DNA of 64,000 nt from Eledone cirrhosa (GCA_964016885.1 OZ024740.1:355880001-355944000), one strand, 5' to 3'; positions 38,969-53,859 are shown, numbered from the stretch's first letter. Numbers and translations are program-made. The notes: generated by a model from the sequence alone, not told the origin.

Positions 38969-39949
38969 ATATAAACAATATCATTCACAAAAAAATAAAT
39001 ACGAAGCAAAATTGAGTTGGGGAAGTCAATTAAAATAATACCTAAAAATCGAGGCATTATTTTAATAAGTTTTATATTTGAAAGATCTAACAGATTTGTG
39101 AGACACTTGATATATTGAAAATCACTGATATAATTGTGTCTGTGTATATATTTGTATGCAAGTGTTTGTCTATCATTATGTGTGTGTCAGAGTGTATATT
39201 TTTAATGGCATTTTATCAAGGGGAAAAAGGCAGTGTCCTTGACCCTTTTCAGGGTCTCTAAGACTGGCAGAAGAAAATTATCTTTAAACAAAGATCTGAT
39301 CCAAAGACCTGCAACAAACTGAACTTTGTTAAAATCACCTGACGACCAAGAGATTAAGACTGCCCCAGAAGAAGTAGAATGATCCTTTTGACTAGCTTCC
39401 ACATAGTTTTAATCTACCAGATTGCATCAAAAGGCTTTAATAACCCCAACGCTATGATAGAAGGCACTTATCCAAGGTTGCACCCAATGGAAGCCAACTC
39501 AAAACCATGTATTTACATAGCAAACTGTTTAATCACATAGCTATTCCTGTATCCAAAAATATGTTTAAAATGTAGAGACTTTATCAATTTCGAAAATTGG
39601 CTGTTATCTTAAATTTGGAGAAAAGAACATAGAAATTAAATGCTACATTTTTAACTAGAGAAAAATATGATACAACAATGCAGCTTGCTGCATTGTGTGA
39701 TGATGGTTGAAGTAACCAATCAATATAGACTGCTACCAATAAAACTGTTTCTAAGGCTAAATACATTGTACACACATAATAGTGATGAGTACAAAATCAA
39801 AAGTAAGACTCTAACACACTAAACAAATTAATATATAAAAGAAAAATTAAATTTCAAAATAACATTTTTTTTACAACATTGGTGATGTTAATTACAAAAC
39901 ATTCACCACACATAGTTATGATACAGTGTTATAGCTAGCATACAACCGC

Positions 39950-41150
39950 CACAACAAATGTTTTAAGGCCATTTTTTCACTGCTAAAGCAGAGTTTAGCC
40001 TTACGAGCCCCATAACAGACTTCATACTAATCAGGGTTCCTCTTTGAGGCAATGTTTTACAGCCAGTTGCACTTTCTGATGCCAACTCCTTTAATCAGCT
40101 CTTATGACATGCAGGCATACAGCATACATATTCTAAACCTGATGGATCTAGATGTGTACAGAATTTTTTATATGATGGTTACAGTTTAAATTCCAAATAT
40201 TATTGGCTAACACCAGTTACTACATAAATTCAAAATGGGGACAGAGTCCTCAAACAACCCTTCCAAGTGAAATCAGTTGATCTCATGACTATTATCCAAC
40301 CATCTTGCGCTGGGTCTCCTGTCAGTTGGCTTTGCCCATAAAATCTGTCCAGCGATTCTTTCCTGTAACATTCTAGCCACAAGCCTGTAGTATCAAAGCT
40401 GTCATCTCTCAATTTGGAGAAGTAGTGGCCCTACCTGGAATGTCTCACTGATCTCCGAGCTATGCACTCTATTGAGTAACATTACTCCAAAGACTCTTTG
40501 GTGGAACCTCATTTTGGTTACTTGTATTCACGGTCATAATCTTTCAGTCATTACGCAAGATTCATGAATAAGTGTTGACACAAACACCAAATTGAAGATA
40601 GAAAATTTGGCTTTTACACTTGCTTCCTTTCTTTTGATTACTTATACTGAAGCTGGCACATAACTGTACCAGCTCCTGCAATTCTAGCACTTAATTCAGC
40701 CTCTTGCCTCCTGTCACTTGTGAATACATAGTGTGAATATTTGGTCAGCTATGCTGCATCCAGGGCAAAAACCACACTGTTCCTCAACTAGCTTGGACTC
40801 GGCAATCTCCCTACAACTCTTAGCATAGACTCTGCTAGGGAGTCTTAATAATGAGGTCCCTCTATAATTGGAGCAATTTTTTAGAAATTGTGATTACTCA
40901 GGTGCCGATCCAGGCCACCTGGCATACATGATTTAGCCAGGGCTTTTAACATCTTGGACCAAATTTTATCTTCCCCCATAGCCTTTCCACATTTGAACTC
41001 TTTAATTGCTCTTGTGATCTCAGCCTCCGAGAGATTAGTTATCGCTCCCAGATATACTTTGTGTACACCAGAAGATTCTGTTGTGACTGGGTTTAGGAGA
41101 TCAGCAATCTACTATCTCCACCTCATGAACATAACACTTATAAAATTCTA
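39950..41150 (-). pseudogene. Decayed RTE-type LINE
   Basis: NYRGTSLLRLPSRVYAK...LVEEQCGF RT N-terminal motif and later RTE-like segments. Confidence 0.6.
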
Positions 41151-42154
41151 AAATACTAGGAATTATCAGCATACTATATTTTTCAGCATTTGAGACGTTT
41201 GGCAGTGCTGCATTGCTGTCAATGTGGTTCTTGAAATTGTTGCCACTCAACTTGCTGATGTATCAGAGAATGCCAGTGAGGGTGATGGTTGTTTCAGTGA
41301 CATAGCCTCGCTATCACCAATTGTAATGCTGCAAGGGAGTTGGGTTGCCTCAAAGATTATTAGAGGGAATCTCCAGTGTCCCTTGTTGTGGCATGTGATT
41401 GAATGTTTGTGTCTTCTATTTTTTCCCTCTTGGTTTTTAATATAACTTTAAAATGTTAACTGTAATTATATATTAATATGTAAAATGTGTTTATCAATCA
41501 AAAGAGATTGATATAAAAACCTTTGTGTATGAAGATATAATTAAATTTAATATATTGAATAAAATAAAATTATTATAAAGGAAATTAAGATATTTTTACA
41601 TTGTAATTTAGAATATAATATATAAAACAGAAGAAAAATGTTTATGTAAGGATGTTCATTTCTGTGAATGTATGTGTGGGCATTTGTCTTCTCAGAATGA
41701 CAAAAATAAAGTTTGAGAATTTGATGTTCAACATAGTTATGAATCATAAATATAAGCTTTAAAATCTAATGGTTTCCAGGTCTCTCAACAAAATAATTTG
41801 CATTGTTTAATGAATCAATTCATTGTTTTAAGACACTTTAAATAATCCAAATTCATCATCATTCCCATTAACACAAACATTACCACCAGCAGCAACAGCA
41901 GCTGCAAGAACAGCAGAAGCAGCATAATTCCTATCACAATACCAACACCACCACCACCACATGTAAAATGATGATTATGATGATGATGATTCACTAATTA
42001 AAAACGTTGTAGATTACTTCAAACATAGAAATTAGAATTCTTCTGTAAACACAAATGTGTAAAATAACAGTAAATGCCCCGAAGTCACATACTAGGAAAC
42101 AGATTAAACAGAACTCAAAAATAGATATGATTTACATTTGCATTAGATGTTGAA

Positions 42155-42430
42155 AGTGCCTACATGACCCTATAGTTTACACTACATGTTTAAGGTACCT
42201 GCATGACCCTATAGTCTACACTACATGTTTAAGATGCCTGCATGATCCTATTTTTATGCTACATGTTTAAGCTACCTCCATGACTTTATAGCTCCCATTA
42301 CATGTTTAAGGTGTCTACATGACCCTATGGCTTGCACTACATGTTTAAAGTATCTCCATGATCATATAGTTTATACTACACGACCGCATGATACATTATA
42401 TTGTATGTGAAAGTGCCTACATGACTATAA
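42155..42430. repeat. Degenerate 39-bp minisatellite
   Basis: tgcctacatgaccctatagtttacactacatgtttaagg-like units at 39-bp period. Confidence 0.8.
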
Positions 42431-45400
42431 ACTTTACCTAACATGTATACATGAAGTTACACTACATTACATTAGATCTATCTGTAGCTCATCTGAGCCA
42501 ATGCTACATTACATAATAGGTAAGATTATATGTTTTGGCAGTATCAGTAGAGGGTCGGACGTCATGCTTTGATGCATAGAGTTACGGCCCTTTCCATTCT
42601 GAGTTCAAATCCCGCCGAGGTCAACTTTGCCTTTCATCCTTATGGGGTCGATAAAATAAAGTACCAGTAATGTACTGAGTAATTTCTGGCCTTGTGCCAA
42701 AAGTAGAAACAATTATATGTTTAGAATATCGACTTGACTCTTTGCTACAGTAACTGCATTGCTTCTAATTTAGACACAAGGAGGGGCAAAGTTTATTATA
42801 TCAACTCGAGTAGTTGACTGGTATTTTATTTTATCTGCCCAGGCAGGATGAAAGGCCAAATTGACCTCTTTAGTATTTGAACTCAGAATGTTAAGAACCA
42901 GAACAAATACCACAATGGCATGTTCTTTGATGCTCTACCAATTCTAGTTACATTAATGTTGCCAGTTACATTCCCATTACAGAATATAACCACTGGTAGG
43001 TGTGTACAGCATGGTATATTTACCCATTTGAAGGGATTTAGTAATATAACTAACTTTCTTAGTATTAATCTGGTCTTTGGAGCATAGCTTAAAGTTTCTT
43101 ACATAAAATTAAAATGAAAGGTTTTTAGGTAAATATAAACTCTTGAAAATAAACAGCATTGTATCAAAGGACCAGGGACAGTTTCAAGCAGTGTGGTATC
43201 AAAAGGATTAAAGAGGATGCAAGCATAGATTTGTGGTTAAAAAGAGTGCTCTAAATGGAAGCCATTCTAAACACTAACCACATTAAAGAACATACTGGGT
43301 CTGTTTTATCCCCCATGCAGTTTGTTGGTCATTGATCTGACTGAAATACCTTTCTCTTCTCTATGGAATGGGGATGAATTGTCCAAAACGAGCCATGTTT
43401 TAGGGAGGAATTGGATGGGTGAGGAAAGAAGGATGATAGATTTGATGCCATGGGTAATTGACAATAGGTGTAGTAAGAGGAATGGAAGATAACAAAAATC
43501 ATTTCATGGGTGTATGATAAGTATATTTTATCTTTCATTGGTGCATATTGGTGATAGTTGTAAACAACACGAAAAAAAAAACCCAGTGTTCTTTAAATGA
43601 AGCCCTTTAGAATATTATTCTGACTCTAACTTATTAGAAACATACTCTTGTGATTAGAAATTCAGTGAATCAGTGATTGATCCAAAGGAAAATTGTAACT
43701 ATTGTTCAATATTTGTGATTGAAAAACTGTGTATGACTAAGAGAGATTGGAAATTATAAATTTAGTAGGAATTGAGAGACGAGAGACAGAGAGGTTGTAG
43801 AGGACTGATGAATTGATGGATCATTAAGCAAGAGAAAGAAACAGTTAATGGTGTGTAAAACTGAGTGATCACCATTATTCTAAAAAAGATTTAGTACAAC
43901 TTTAGTTATGACCCATCAAATGTCCATCCTTGAAGGTGGTTTTAAGATGATATTGCAGAGTGAGAAATTAAATAGTGTATACATGAATGGCTTATGCCTA
44001 GAAGAGTTTGTTGCTGTTGTTGTTTATCTCTTCATCAGTTCTGAGAGAGATATTTTGTGTATAATTTATGGTGTGTGTGATTTTTATGATGCGTTTGAAA
44101 TTGATATGTGTGTTTCATCCAGGTGAATTCAACATTTGTATTTTGTTTTAAATAAATTAGCAGTAGCACTAACATAGAGGTGTATTTGAAGGCATATATG
44201 ATTTGTTTATGTATAATAAACATACAAGACTCCTACTATGAATGTTTTAAGCTGTGAAATGATCACAGCTATCTCAGTAGCTGTGTGAGAACATCATACA
44301 CGTGTTTTGAGATTTTTATCCAGAATTAGTAATGTTTGTTCATTCAGTACTGAAATACGAATAAGCTCTAGCTTATATACTTTTTTGCATATGAAATATC
44401 AGCTGGAAATGCTCATTTGCATGTAGTGCAAATAAAACATCGGCTGGAAACACTCATTTGCATACAGTATGGAGGATGACCGCTGGGTAAAGAAGTGCCA
44501 AGAAATCCCTGTAGAAGAAAGATGCAGTAGAAGTAGACCACGAAAAACATGGGCGGAGGTGGTGAGAGCAGCCCTCAGATCGCTGAAACTCACGGAGGAG
44601 ATGACGAAGGACCGTGACAAGTGGAGAGATGCTGTGCTGAATAGGACCCGTCCAACCCTTGCAAGCAAGGAAAAGCAGACATAAAATGATGATGATAATG
44701 TGAACTCAACCTGCTAGGATTAATTAGCAGTTGCATTAACATAGCATAGTTCATAAAAGAAGTATATTTGAAGGCATATATGATATGCTACTGAGATAGC
44801 TGTGACAACATCACAGCTTAAAACATACATAGTGAGACTGTTGTATACTTGTTATACATAAACATATTGTATAAATCTTCATACACATCTCTATTATTTG
44901 TTTGGCATGTACAAGACAGCTATTGAAATTGTTCTTCATACATAATACAGTACATATTGAATAGGAGTTGGCTAGAAAAAGTGTTTACTAATGAATGTTA
45001 TAGAACTGAGTTCAAATCCTGCCAGGTTTATTTTAGTATTTCATTATTATTGAAAATAACAGTTGGTTATTGGACAAAGTAAATACGAATAATTTATGAT
45101 GTATCTGTAGTTTAAGAAAGCTATGAAGTTATGGCAGCTTATGTGATTATGAGTTATATTTATCAGCAGTGGAGGAGGTGGTTGCAAAAGCATAAAAGCC
45201 AGATTTAAAATAGGGAAGGAAAAGTTCAGGTAATAAATTGTTTCTCTCTTTGAGTGAAGAGCAGATAGCAATGTATATGTACAAAGTGTGATTGTGCATG
45301 GTAACAAAACATAAACACTGAATGTGAATAATCTGTTAAGTCTGGCAAGAAGAAGGTGAGAATACTCTGTTATATGTATGTCAATATGCATAAATTACAG

Positions 45401-48089
45401 AGCACAAGTTAACTGAAAGAAAAACTGGGCATAAGAGGAATGTAGCAAGATGCTGTGATGAAGTAGGATTGTCCAACCTCTGCCAGTATGGAAAAATAGA
45501 TGTAGAATGATAAAGATGATGCTGGTATTTATTGACATAGTAGCATGTATTATAGGACTGAAATAAATTCCTCAAACGTACCTGCAACCAATTTTGATTT
45601 GTGGCAATTGCTATTTCATAGTAATTACACCTATGATGTTCATAGGAAAGGTATCATTGTTAAAACTTCACAGTTTCTAAAGAGTATAAATTTGAAGTTT
45701 TGTGCTTATGAAAATAATCAATATTTCATTTTATGTGTATTGTAATGGTGTGGATTTGTAGCACATGTAACCTAGAGCAGATCTGATTGAGAAGATCTTT
45801 TTTTAATTATTTATATTCTAACTGAGAAGACCCACAATCAATAGCTTTCCAGCCATGAAAATCTCATCATATAGTTCATGACCCAAATATAGAATTTGTG
45901 GAAAACTCTGATGCTCAATGTCTTCAGCAATTAGCCAATATGAGAGTTTATAGAACAGTTTAATAGGTTTGACTGGCATAAGGAATGAAGACGCTAACAT
46001 TTCAGGCTTTTGCTGCTTGTCTAAGAGTGAGTAAGACAAAAGTAGTATTGTTGCTTTAGCTTTAAATAAGGTAAATATGTATTATTCATGATCTGGTTTG
46101 ATATTGTGGTTTATTTCTTAAGTAAACATTAGGAATCAGATTTATAGAAGTGAGAGTATGTGAATGTGTATCTAAACACACAGACACAGAGACACACACA
46201 CACACACACATGTCTATTTGAACTAAAACTTTGGTTGCTTCTAGTTAACATGTGGGCGTTTTCTATGCTGTACTGGAGTGGCAGGTGGTTTCATATTGTA
46301 TAGTATGAGTTTCTATTCAGTTTTAATTAGGTTTTTAATTTCTGATCCTATAGCTTCAGTTTGTTGCTTTGATTGGGTTTATCAGTTTATTGAGAAGGAT
46401 AGGGTTTGAATTAGGATAATAGGCAATTACAGGGTTTCGTTTTGGTTGGTTTGTGTCGTTGAGTATATGGTATATTTTGGTGGGTATCTATATACCAGGT
46501 CAAGTCAAGTTCTTTGGAGGACTATGGTTAGAGAATATTTCTGGTTTTATACTAATTATGTGTGGTGCAATGTTAATTAGGCAATAGCATAATAATCACT
46601 GTAGAGGAATATAGAAACTACATAAAATGATGATTGCAGCCTGATGATGTCTGTCACCCCCATACCAGTAATTGATGCAGGCTGGTTGTTGTTTTTCTAA
46701 GAGGGTTGGTGAATGATTCTGAAAGATGTGTTTGATTTTTACTTTGTTTTGTGTAGTAGGGATTTGGTAAATGTATTGTGTTTACTTGAATTCATGTATA
46801 ATATTGGATTTGTTTGTTTGATGGTCTTTATCCTATTGTGGTCTTGAATTCTGTCTTTAGGGTTTCTTTTGTCTACATCTTGCTCTTTATATTTCCTTTC
46901 ATTTGTATTTTTGGCTGTGTTGTCCTGAACTGATTTTCATTGGTCAGTATTCCATATGTCTTTCAGGGTTGGGGTTTGTGTTTTGTTGTTTACTTTATAT
47001 GAATAGGATATGATGGTTGGTTCTATCTTCATGCTTTAAATTCTGAATATTTTGTTTGTTAGCTGTTTTGTTGTTTGTTATTTATGTTTTCATAGTGTAT
47101 TCATTCTTTTAGATGTGCTATATCAATTTCTGATATTATTAGTAGTAGCATTATCAGTAGAGCATCGGAAAACCTACTTTGTGGCATAGTTACGCCCTTT
47201 ACCTTCTGAGTTCAAACCCAGCTGAGGTTAACGTTGCTTTTCATTCTTATGGGGTTGATAAATAAAGCACCAGTAATTCACTGGTGTCGATTTAATCAAC
47301 TTTCCCCTCCCCCAAAAATTGCTGGCCTTGTGCCTAAATCAGAAACCATTATCATTATTATTAGGCAGTGGATTGGCAGTATCAGTAGAGGGTTGGATGC
47401 CATGCTTTGACCCATAGAGTTATGGCCCTTGCCATTCTGAGTTCAAATCCCGCCGAGGTTAACTTTGCCTTTCATCCTTACGGGGTCGATAAAATAAAGT
47501 ACCAGTAATGCACTGGGTTATTGCTGGCCTTGTGCCAAAAGTAGAAATAATTATTATTAGGCAGTATCAGCAGAGTGTCAGATGCCATACTTTGCAGCAT
47601 AGTATTATGGCCCTTTACGTTCTGAGTTCAAATCCAGGTAAGGTTAACTTTGCCTTTCGTCTTTACAAGGCCAATAAAATAAAGTGCCACTGGGGTCGAT
47701 TTCATTGACTTTCCCCTCCCCCATATTGCTGGCCTTGTGCCTATATAAGAAACCATTATTATTATTACTATTGAACAGATGAAATGAAGAAACAGATTGA
47801 AAAGGAGTACATTAGGAGAGTGAGAAACTTATCCAAGTCAATACTGTATACAGGAAATGTAACATCTGTAATAAAACAATGGGCTTTGGGATTGTGCTGG
47901 AATAGTTGATTGGATGAAACAATCCCTTGAAAGAATTAGATGCACAAGTAAGATCTTAATATGCATGGGTGTTTGCATGTGTATAGATATAAAAACACTT
48001 TATCATTATTTTCCATACACATTTATATATATATTTATGTAAGTGTGTGCTTTATATATTATTACACACACATACATACACACGCATGT

Positions 48090-48130
<41 letters not shown>

Positions 48131-48661
48131 AACAGATATGGTTATGAGAAATGACATTCCCATTACCAGCTTTAAAGGTGAATGACACACTAGGTAATGT
48201 GTTTGGAGACATATATCATAGGTCATTAATCGACCCCCCCCCCAAAAAAAAAAACTGCTATCCTTGAGCCTAAATTAGAAAAAATACTGCTAATAATAAT
48301 AACTGGACTCATGGAAATTCCACAGTTAAATTAAAAACAACCACCAAGTATTAAAAATCAATATGGCATCTTAAATGTTTTATTGATACCTGCTTTTTAA
48401 TAAAGATTTATCAGAGTCTGATATTTAAGAAAGTTTTTCACGTTATTAGAGATAATGCCATTGCCCTCCACCTCGCCTCTATTTCACACACACTTTTTTC
48501 ATCCTTGTTTGAAAATGACAGACTTGTTACACATGTAAAACAACTTTAAACTATTAAACTGTGAAAATATCAGTTTAGTTAGAAACAGCCACCAAGCAAT
48601 AAAGGCCAATATGATATTTTAAATGCTTTATTCATAATTTATATATATGTATATATATATA

Positions 48662-48775
48662 CAGGGTGTCCCCCCCCCCCCCCCCAAAAAAAAATGTATA
48701 CACACTTCAACAGCATTCTAATAAATATTGCGTGTACACCTGTAGAAGTATGTATACATTTTTTGGGACACCCTG
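48662..48775. mobile_element. Tc1/mariner-type MITE in (TA)n
   Basis: TIRs cagggtgtcc(c)n aaaaatgtatac / gtatacattttttgggacaccctg, TA TSD. Confidence 0.75.
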
Positions 48776-49006
48776 TATATATATACATATGTGTGTATGT
48801 TATAGTTTATTTGTAGCATTGGAATATATAAAAAAAAAGAAAAGTGGATATGTTTAAGAAGACCAAGGTTACAAAATTAGAAGGGAATTGAGAGAGGTGA
48901 GGTAAAACTCTAAGAGTAGGAGGAGAAAAATAGACGGGAAGGAATGACTGCTACCTTATTAATTTATTAGTCCCAATATTTCGAATATACCATCCATTAT
49001 CTAGGG

Positions 49007-51178
49007 CAGGGGTCACCAAACTTTTTCACAGTGGGCCGGATAACTGAAAGAATGACGAGCGCGGGCCGCATAATCATTCTGTTCAATACTTGCAAGCCAG
49101 AATGAAAGCTCTGGGAAAAAAGACGAAACACTACGTTTAGCATTCCATGTTAATCATGGGTGAGTGGCGTGCAATGCACAAAAAACAAAGACAACCAACA
49201 TATTTATTTACTAAAAGGTTATCAAAGAAGGCGACGTTAGCAAAAATATAGTTACATTAGACCTAGTGTGCACATATCCGAATCTTACAAACTAAGCAGC
49301 AAAAAAGGTTAGTGAGATTTGTGAAACTGATGTTTGCCTTTCAAGATTTCATCAATGTTTGGTTTGGAATTGCTGCATCCAATCAAGAGAATTGCTTTCA
49401 AATGTTCATCAGTCAATCTCGTTCGATGTGTTGACTTCATATACTTCATTTTTGAAAATGTTTGCTCACAGACATAAGTTGTTCCAAACAATGATGCCAT
49501 ATCAGCGGCAAATTTCTTCAATTTCGGAAACTCAACATCAGGTAAGAAGCGGTAAAATTCAGCAAGTTTTCCTTCTCTGTGCTTCTCTTTTATCAAGTCA
49601 TTTGGTTGCAAATCAATGAGCTCCAACTGTAGTTCAACTGGCACATCATCAAGGTTACAATCAAACGGATTCTGGAACAGAAGAATGTCACTCTCAATTC
49701 TGTCGAGATCTGAAAATCTCTCCAAAAAATGCTTCTTCAAGTCACGAATAATCTTTTTAGGAAAATCGAGGTTGACATCTTCAGCAATTGTAGCGCAAAA
49801 CTCTTTGAAACAGTGAAAATGTGAGAAGTTTTCTCCTTCCACTTGTGCTTCAAACAATGACAGCTTTCTCCAAAATCCTGTAGAGATCACAGACGAGGTT
49901 ATCCTTTCCCTGAAGTTTCATGTTCAGTTCATTCATGTGGGATGTGATGTCGACCAAAAATGACAACTTTGATAGCCAGGTAGGATCTGACAGCTGTGGA
50001 TCAGCTCTATCTTTTTCAGTGAGAAAAACATCTATTTCGTTTCGGGGCTTGTAAAAACGAAACAGGACTTTACCGCAGTTGAGCGACCTCACTGCTGTGT
50101 GATAAGGCAAGTCACAGAAATCAGAATCAATTTCTTCAAGAAAAGCCTGGAACTAACGGTAATTGAGTGCATGTCCCCGACAGCAGAAACGACTGGTTTC
50201 AGTACACAAGAAATATCCAAGTCTTTTCCACAGAGTGCTTGCTGATGTATGATACAGTGTATGAGCAGAGCGCCCGGAATTTGCAAATCTTCCAACTGAG
50301 TCCTGATCTGCCCAACCAGACCCTTCCTCACTCCAGCCATGTTTTTTCCCCCATCAACTGTAACACCTCGAAGCTGATTCCACAGTTGTTGTTCCATTCA
50401 TGCAGGAAACGGATGCCAACTCTTCCGTTATCTGAAAGTCCAAATTGACACCACGAATGAACACGAGAAGTTGTGACGTACTCGAGAGATCAGTAGACTT
50501 ATCCAGCGCCAGAGAATACCACAAGTTCCTAGCTTTCTCGCGTATCTGTAACACTATGTTCTCTCCAAGTTCTTCTGTTCTCCGCACAACTGAACTTGCC
50601 GAAAGGCTGATACTTCCAAACAAACCGGCTTTCTCAGGACACAAGTCATTTGCTGCTTCCATCATACACTCTTTGATGAAGTTGCCACCAGTAAACGGTT
50701 TTCCTCGCTCTGCCAACTTATGCACTATTTTGTAACTTGTACGAGTGACAGATTCATTTTCAGCAAACTTTCTTGTGAAGAGATTTTTTTGAGTTTCTAA
50801 ACCACGTTTCATGGACTCTGAGCGTAACTTTCCAGAAAACTTTGAATATGGTGATAGATATTTTGTTTCATAGTGACGCCGAAGATTGTATTCTTTCAAA
50901 ACGGCAACACTTTTGCTGCATACCACGCAACTAGCTTTCTGGTCCTTTGTTTCCACAAAGAAGTACTTTACTCCCCATTCTTCATTGAAAACGCGACACT
51001 CAGCGTCCACTTTTCTTTTCTTAGTAGCCATAATAAAGGAAGAAGAAAACGGGATCTGAAAATGAAAAAGACATTGAATTAGAAACATCTCGTGTTCCAT
51101 CCGTTTTATCACGCAAATGCAAGTACTGTCGGCGGGCCTGATGAACTGACGTCACGGGCTGTAGTTTGGTGACCCCTG
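49007..51178 (-). mobile_element. Complete hAT (Buster/Charlie, GTF2IRD2/SPIN-like) DNA transposon
   Basis: Perfect 16-bp TIRs caggggtcaccaaact (49007-49022) / agtttggtgacccctg (51163-51178); perfect 8-bp TSD atctaggg at 48999-49006 and 51179-51186. Confidence 0.95.
49309..51031 (-). pseudogene. hAT transposase with several frameshifts
   Basis: MATKKRKVDAECRVFNEEW...CVVC...NLRRHY (BED finger), SLALDKSTD, VDGGKNMAG, HCIIHQQALC, FGTTYVCEQTFS...RTRLTD across ORFs 50354-51112, 50089-50397, 49850-50110, 49309-49890. Confidence 0.9.
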
Positions 51179-51825
51179 ATCTAGGGGGATAAGTAGGAAT
51201 TGGAGATTGTCATTCTTGGTGGCTGTTTATTTTTAACTGTTGTAGAGTTTAAACGTGCATGCACTCAAACATGCAAGGCTGGTTCGTTGTCTACGTGTAG
51301 ATGTGCGGGCATATATATATGGAGGTTTGTATGTGTGTGTGTAAATGTATCCATATGTAAGTACATATGTATGTATTACAGCTTGTACTAGCAATCATAT
51401 GTATCACCTGTGTGCATGTGATTGTATGCTCGGATTGTGCTAGATTAGCGAGTGCACTTCGTTTCTTTCTATTCTGTTATTAATGGGAGGCTCCAAGTGC
51501 TGAATCAGAAGAGCTTCCTTGGTTGTAATATTATTATCCCTGTTCTTATTTTGAGTATATTCTGATGTTCAAGGGTTGAATAGTGCTGCCAATGTAGATC
51601 AATGCAAGTTAAATCTTCTCTTTTGTCGATGATCCAAGATTTGACATATATAATTCACCGATTAATGGTGAAATATATTTCTTCAATGGAATATATACAA
51701 AGGAGATTAATCATTTTTGCAAGGTGTCTGTATTCAAGGTTCTTGTTAATTTTTAATATGTTACCTCTGTAGCTATATGTGTTTACACTCTTTACAAATT
51801 ATCCCCTGCAATTGTTTGATGTGTT

Positions 51826-51878
<53 letters not shown>

Positions 51879-52847
51879 ATTCGACTTATAATTTAATGTT
51901 ATATATATATATATACAAAGAAAGAAAGAGAGAGACAAATAATATATACAGACTTAATTGTATATGTGCTACACAACGAAATAAATCAAATACATTTAAC
52001 AAATGACAAATTATGAAAACAGAATATTTTACTCAGTTATAATAATTTGTAGATAAACAATATTTTTATGAAAGCAATCTCTCTTTCTATTATCTTTCGC
52101 CCTCTCTTTTCTATAAAGACTTCTGACCACTTAGGTTTAAGAAAGAAACATTTTGGCACCAGTTTTCGGCTCCTGCATGACAAATATGTAATAGATAATG
52201 ATAGCTTCTTTATTGTTTAGCTAAGAATAACAATAATTTAGAATGTGTATTTGTAAATATATTTACTTTCTATGTGAATGTGTGTATGAGATATATATAT
52301 ATATATAGAGAGAGAGGGAGTGTAACATAAATAGGTAGAGGGTAAAATATTGAAAGGGGGAAAGTGCAAACTAGATATAAACAGGGAGAGAAAACGAAGA
52401 AGTGTAAATTTAAGAATACATAGGAAAGTTAGAGATATCACTGTATCTTTCCTTATTCATTCTCTTTCTTTATCTTTTTGAAGTGTTTTTGAAGAGCTTC
52501 TTAGTAAATAAAATAATAGAATGATCAATTGAAAACCTGTCTGTTTCAGTATCCAAAGAATTAGTTTGCTACAAGAATATAGATATAATGTCAATTTCTT
52601 TTTATCAAAAAACGTGCATGCAGGTTTGTATGTAGATGTGCATACATAGTTTTGTAGATGCGTAGAATACACACTCACGTGCCTTACATGTGTTTCCATT
52701 GTTTAAAAGTAATTTAGTAGATGTATGTGATGCAATACACAGGTGCTAGTGTTTCTGAAAGATTCACATAAATTATATACATATATATGACCTTTGATGC
52801 TATGTGTCTATCAAATTTCTGTATACATTTAAATGGTTCTGTATTGC

Positions 52848-53045
52848 ATGTATGTATGTATGTATGTATGTATGTATGTATGTATGTATGTATGTATGTA
52901 TGTATGTATGTATGTATGTATGTATGTATGTATGTATGTATGTATGTATGTATGTATGTATGTATGTATGTATGTATGTATGTATGTATGTATGTATGTA
53001 TGTATGTATGTATGTATGTATGTATGTATGTATGTATGTATGTAT
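52848..53045. repeat. Pure (TGTA)n microsatellite, ~49 units
   Basis: Direct reading. Confidence 0.95.
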
Positions 53046-53614
53046 TCATTCTCTTTCTCTTAATTTCGAGTATATTTTTTTGACCGGCCACCTTCCTGGT
53101 GGCAAGGTTGTAAAAGAAAAGAAATTGTCATCCCTAGAATCGCAAGAATGTTTTGCAAATTTTGAAGGTGCCAGCTATCGCAGCCATTTGTAGACTATGA
53201 ATTAGGGAGCTGCGCTTTTTGTCCGCAAATCCAAGTTCAGTCATACTTTGGTCCAAGCGGGTTGGTATATAACCCGTAGCTCCAATAATGATGGGTCTGA
53301 AGCTAAAGGTGTATCTTGGATACTGGATTTGTAAACTCCTCATCAATGGTCCGTAGATGTCCTCCTTCTCCTGTATTTTTCTGACAACGTTTACATCAAG
53401 TGGGCAGCTGATCTCCACAACAGAACACGTTTTCAATGTGTGGTCCCAAACTACAATATCAGGCCGGTTGTGCTTTAATTTGGTGGCAGTTTTTATTTTC
53501 AGGTTCCACCAGTATTCCTTAGTGCCATCTGTCTCAATATATTCTTCCTCGTTTGTTGTTAATTTTGTTTTCCGAAGTGCGTTCCAGAAGGTTCTAGCTA
53601 TCCCATCGTGTCTC

Positions 53615-53617
<3 letters not shown>
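53046..53617 (-). mobile_element. R4/Dong-like non-LTR element 3' fragment with open RLE domain, inside (TACA)n
   Basis: RHDGIA...HNRPDIVVWD...VVEISCP...KEDIY...PIIIGATG to stop at 53134, short 3' UTR; (TACA)n on both flanks. Confidence 0.8.
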
Positions 53618-53645
<28 letters not shown>

Positions 53646-53773
53646 TGTATGTGTATAAACTAATCATCAGTTAGTGGATAACTAAAGATACACGTGATGT
53701 CGCAAATATTTGTATTAACCCTTCTGATATCAACCCACCCGAAACTGGCCGTGGTTTTAAGATATACGACTGG

Positions 53774-53859
<86 letters not shown>

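Noticed and set aside
38357-39775. Short ORFs as host exons
   Set aside because: No recognisable domains or consistent splice structure; cannot be supported without transcript data
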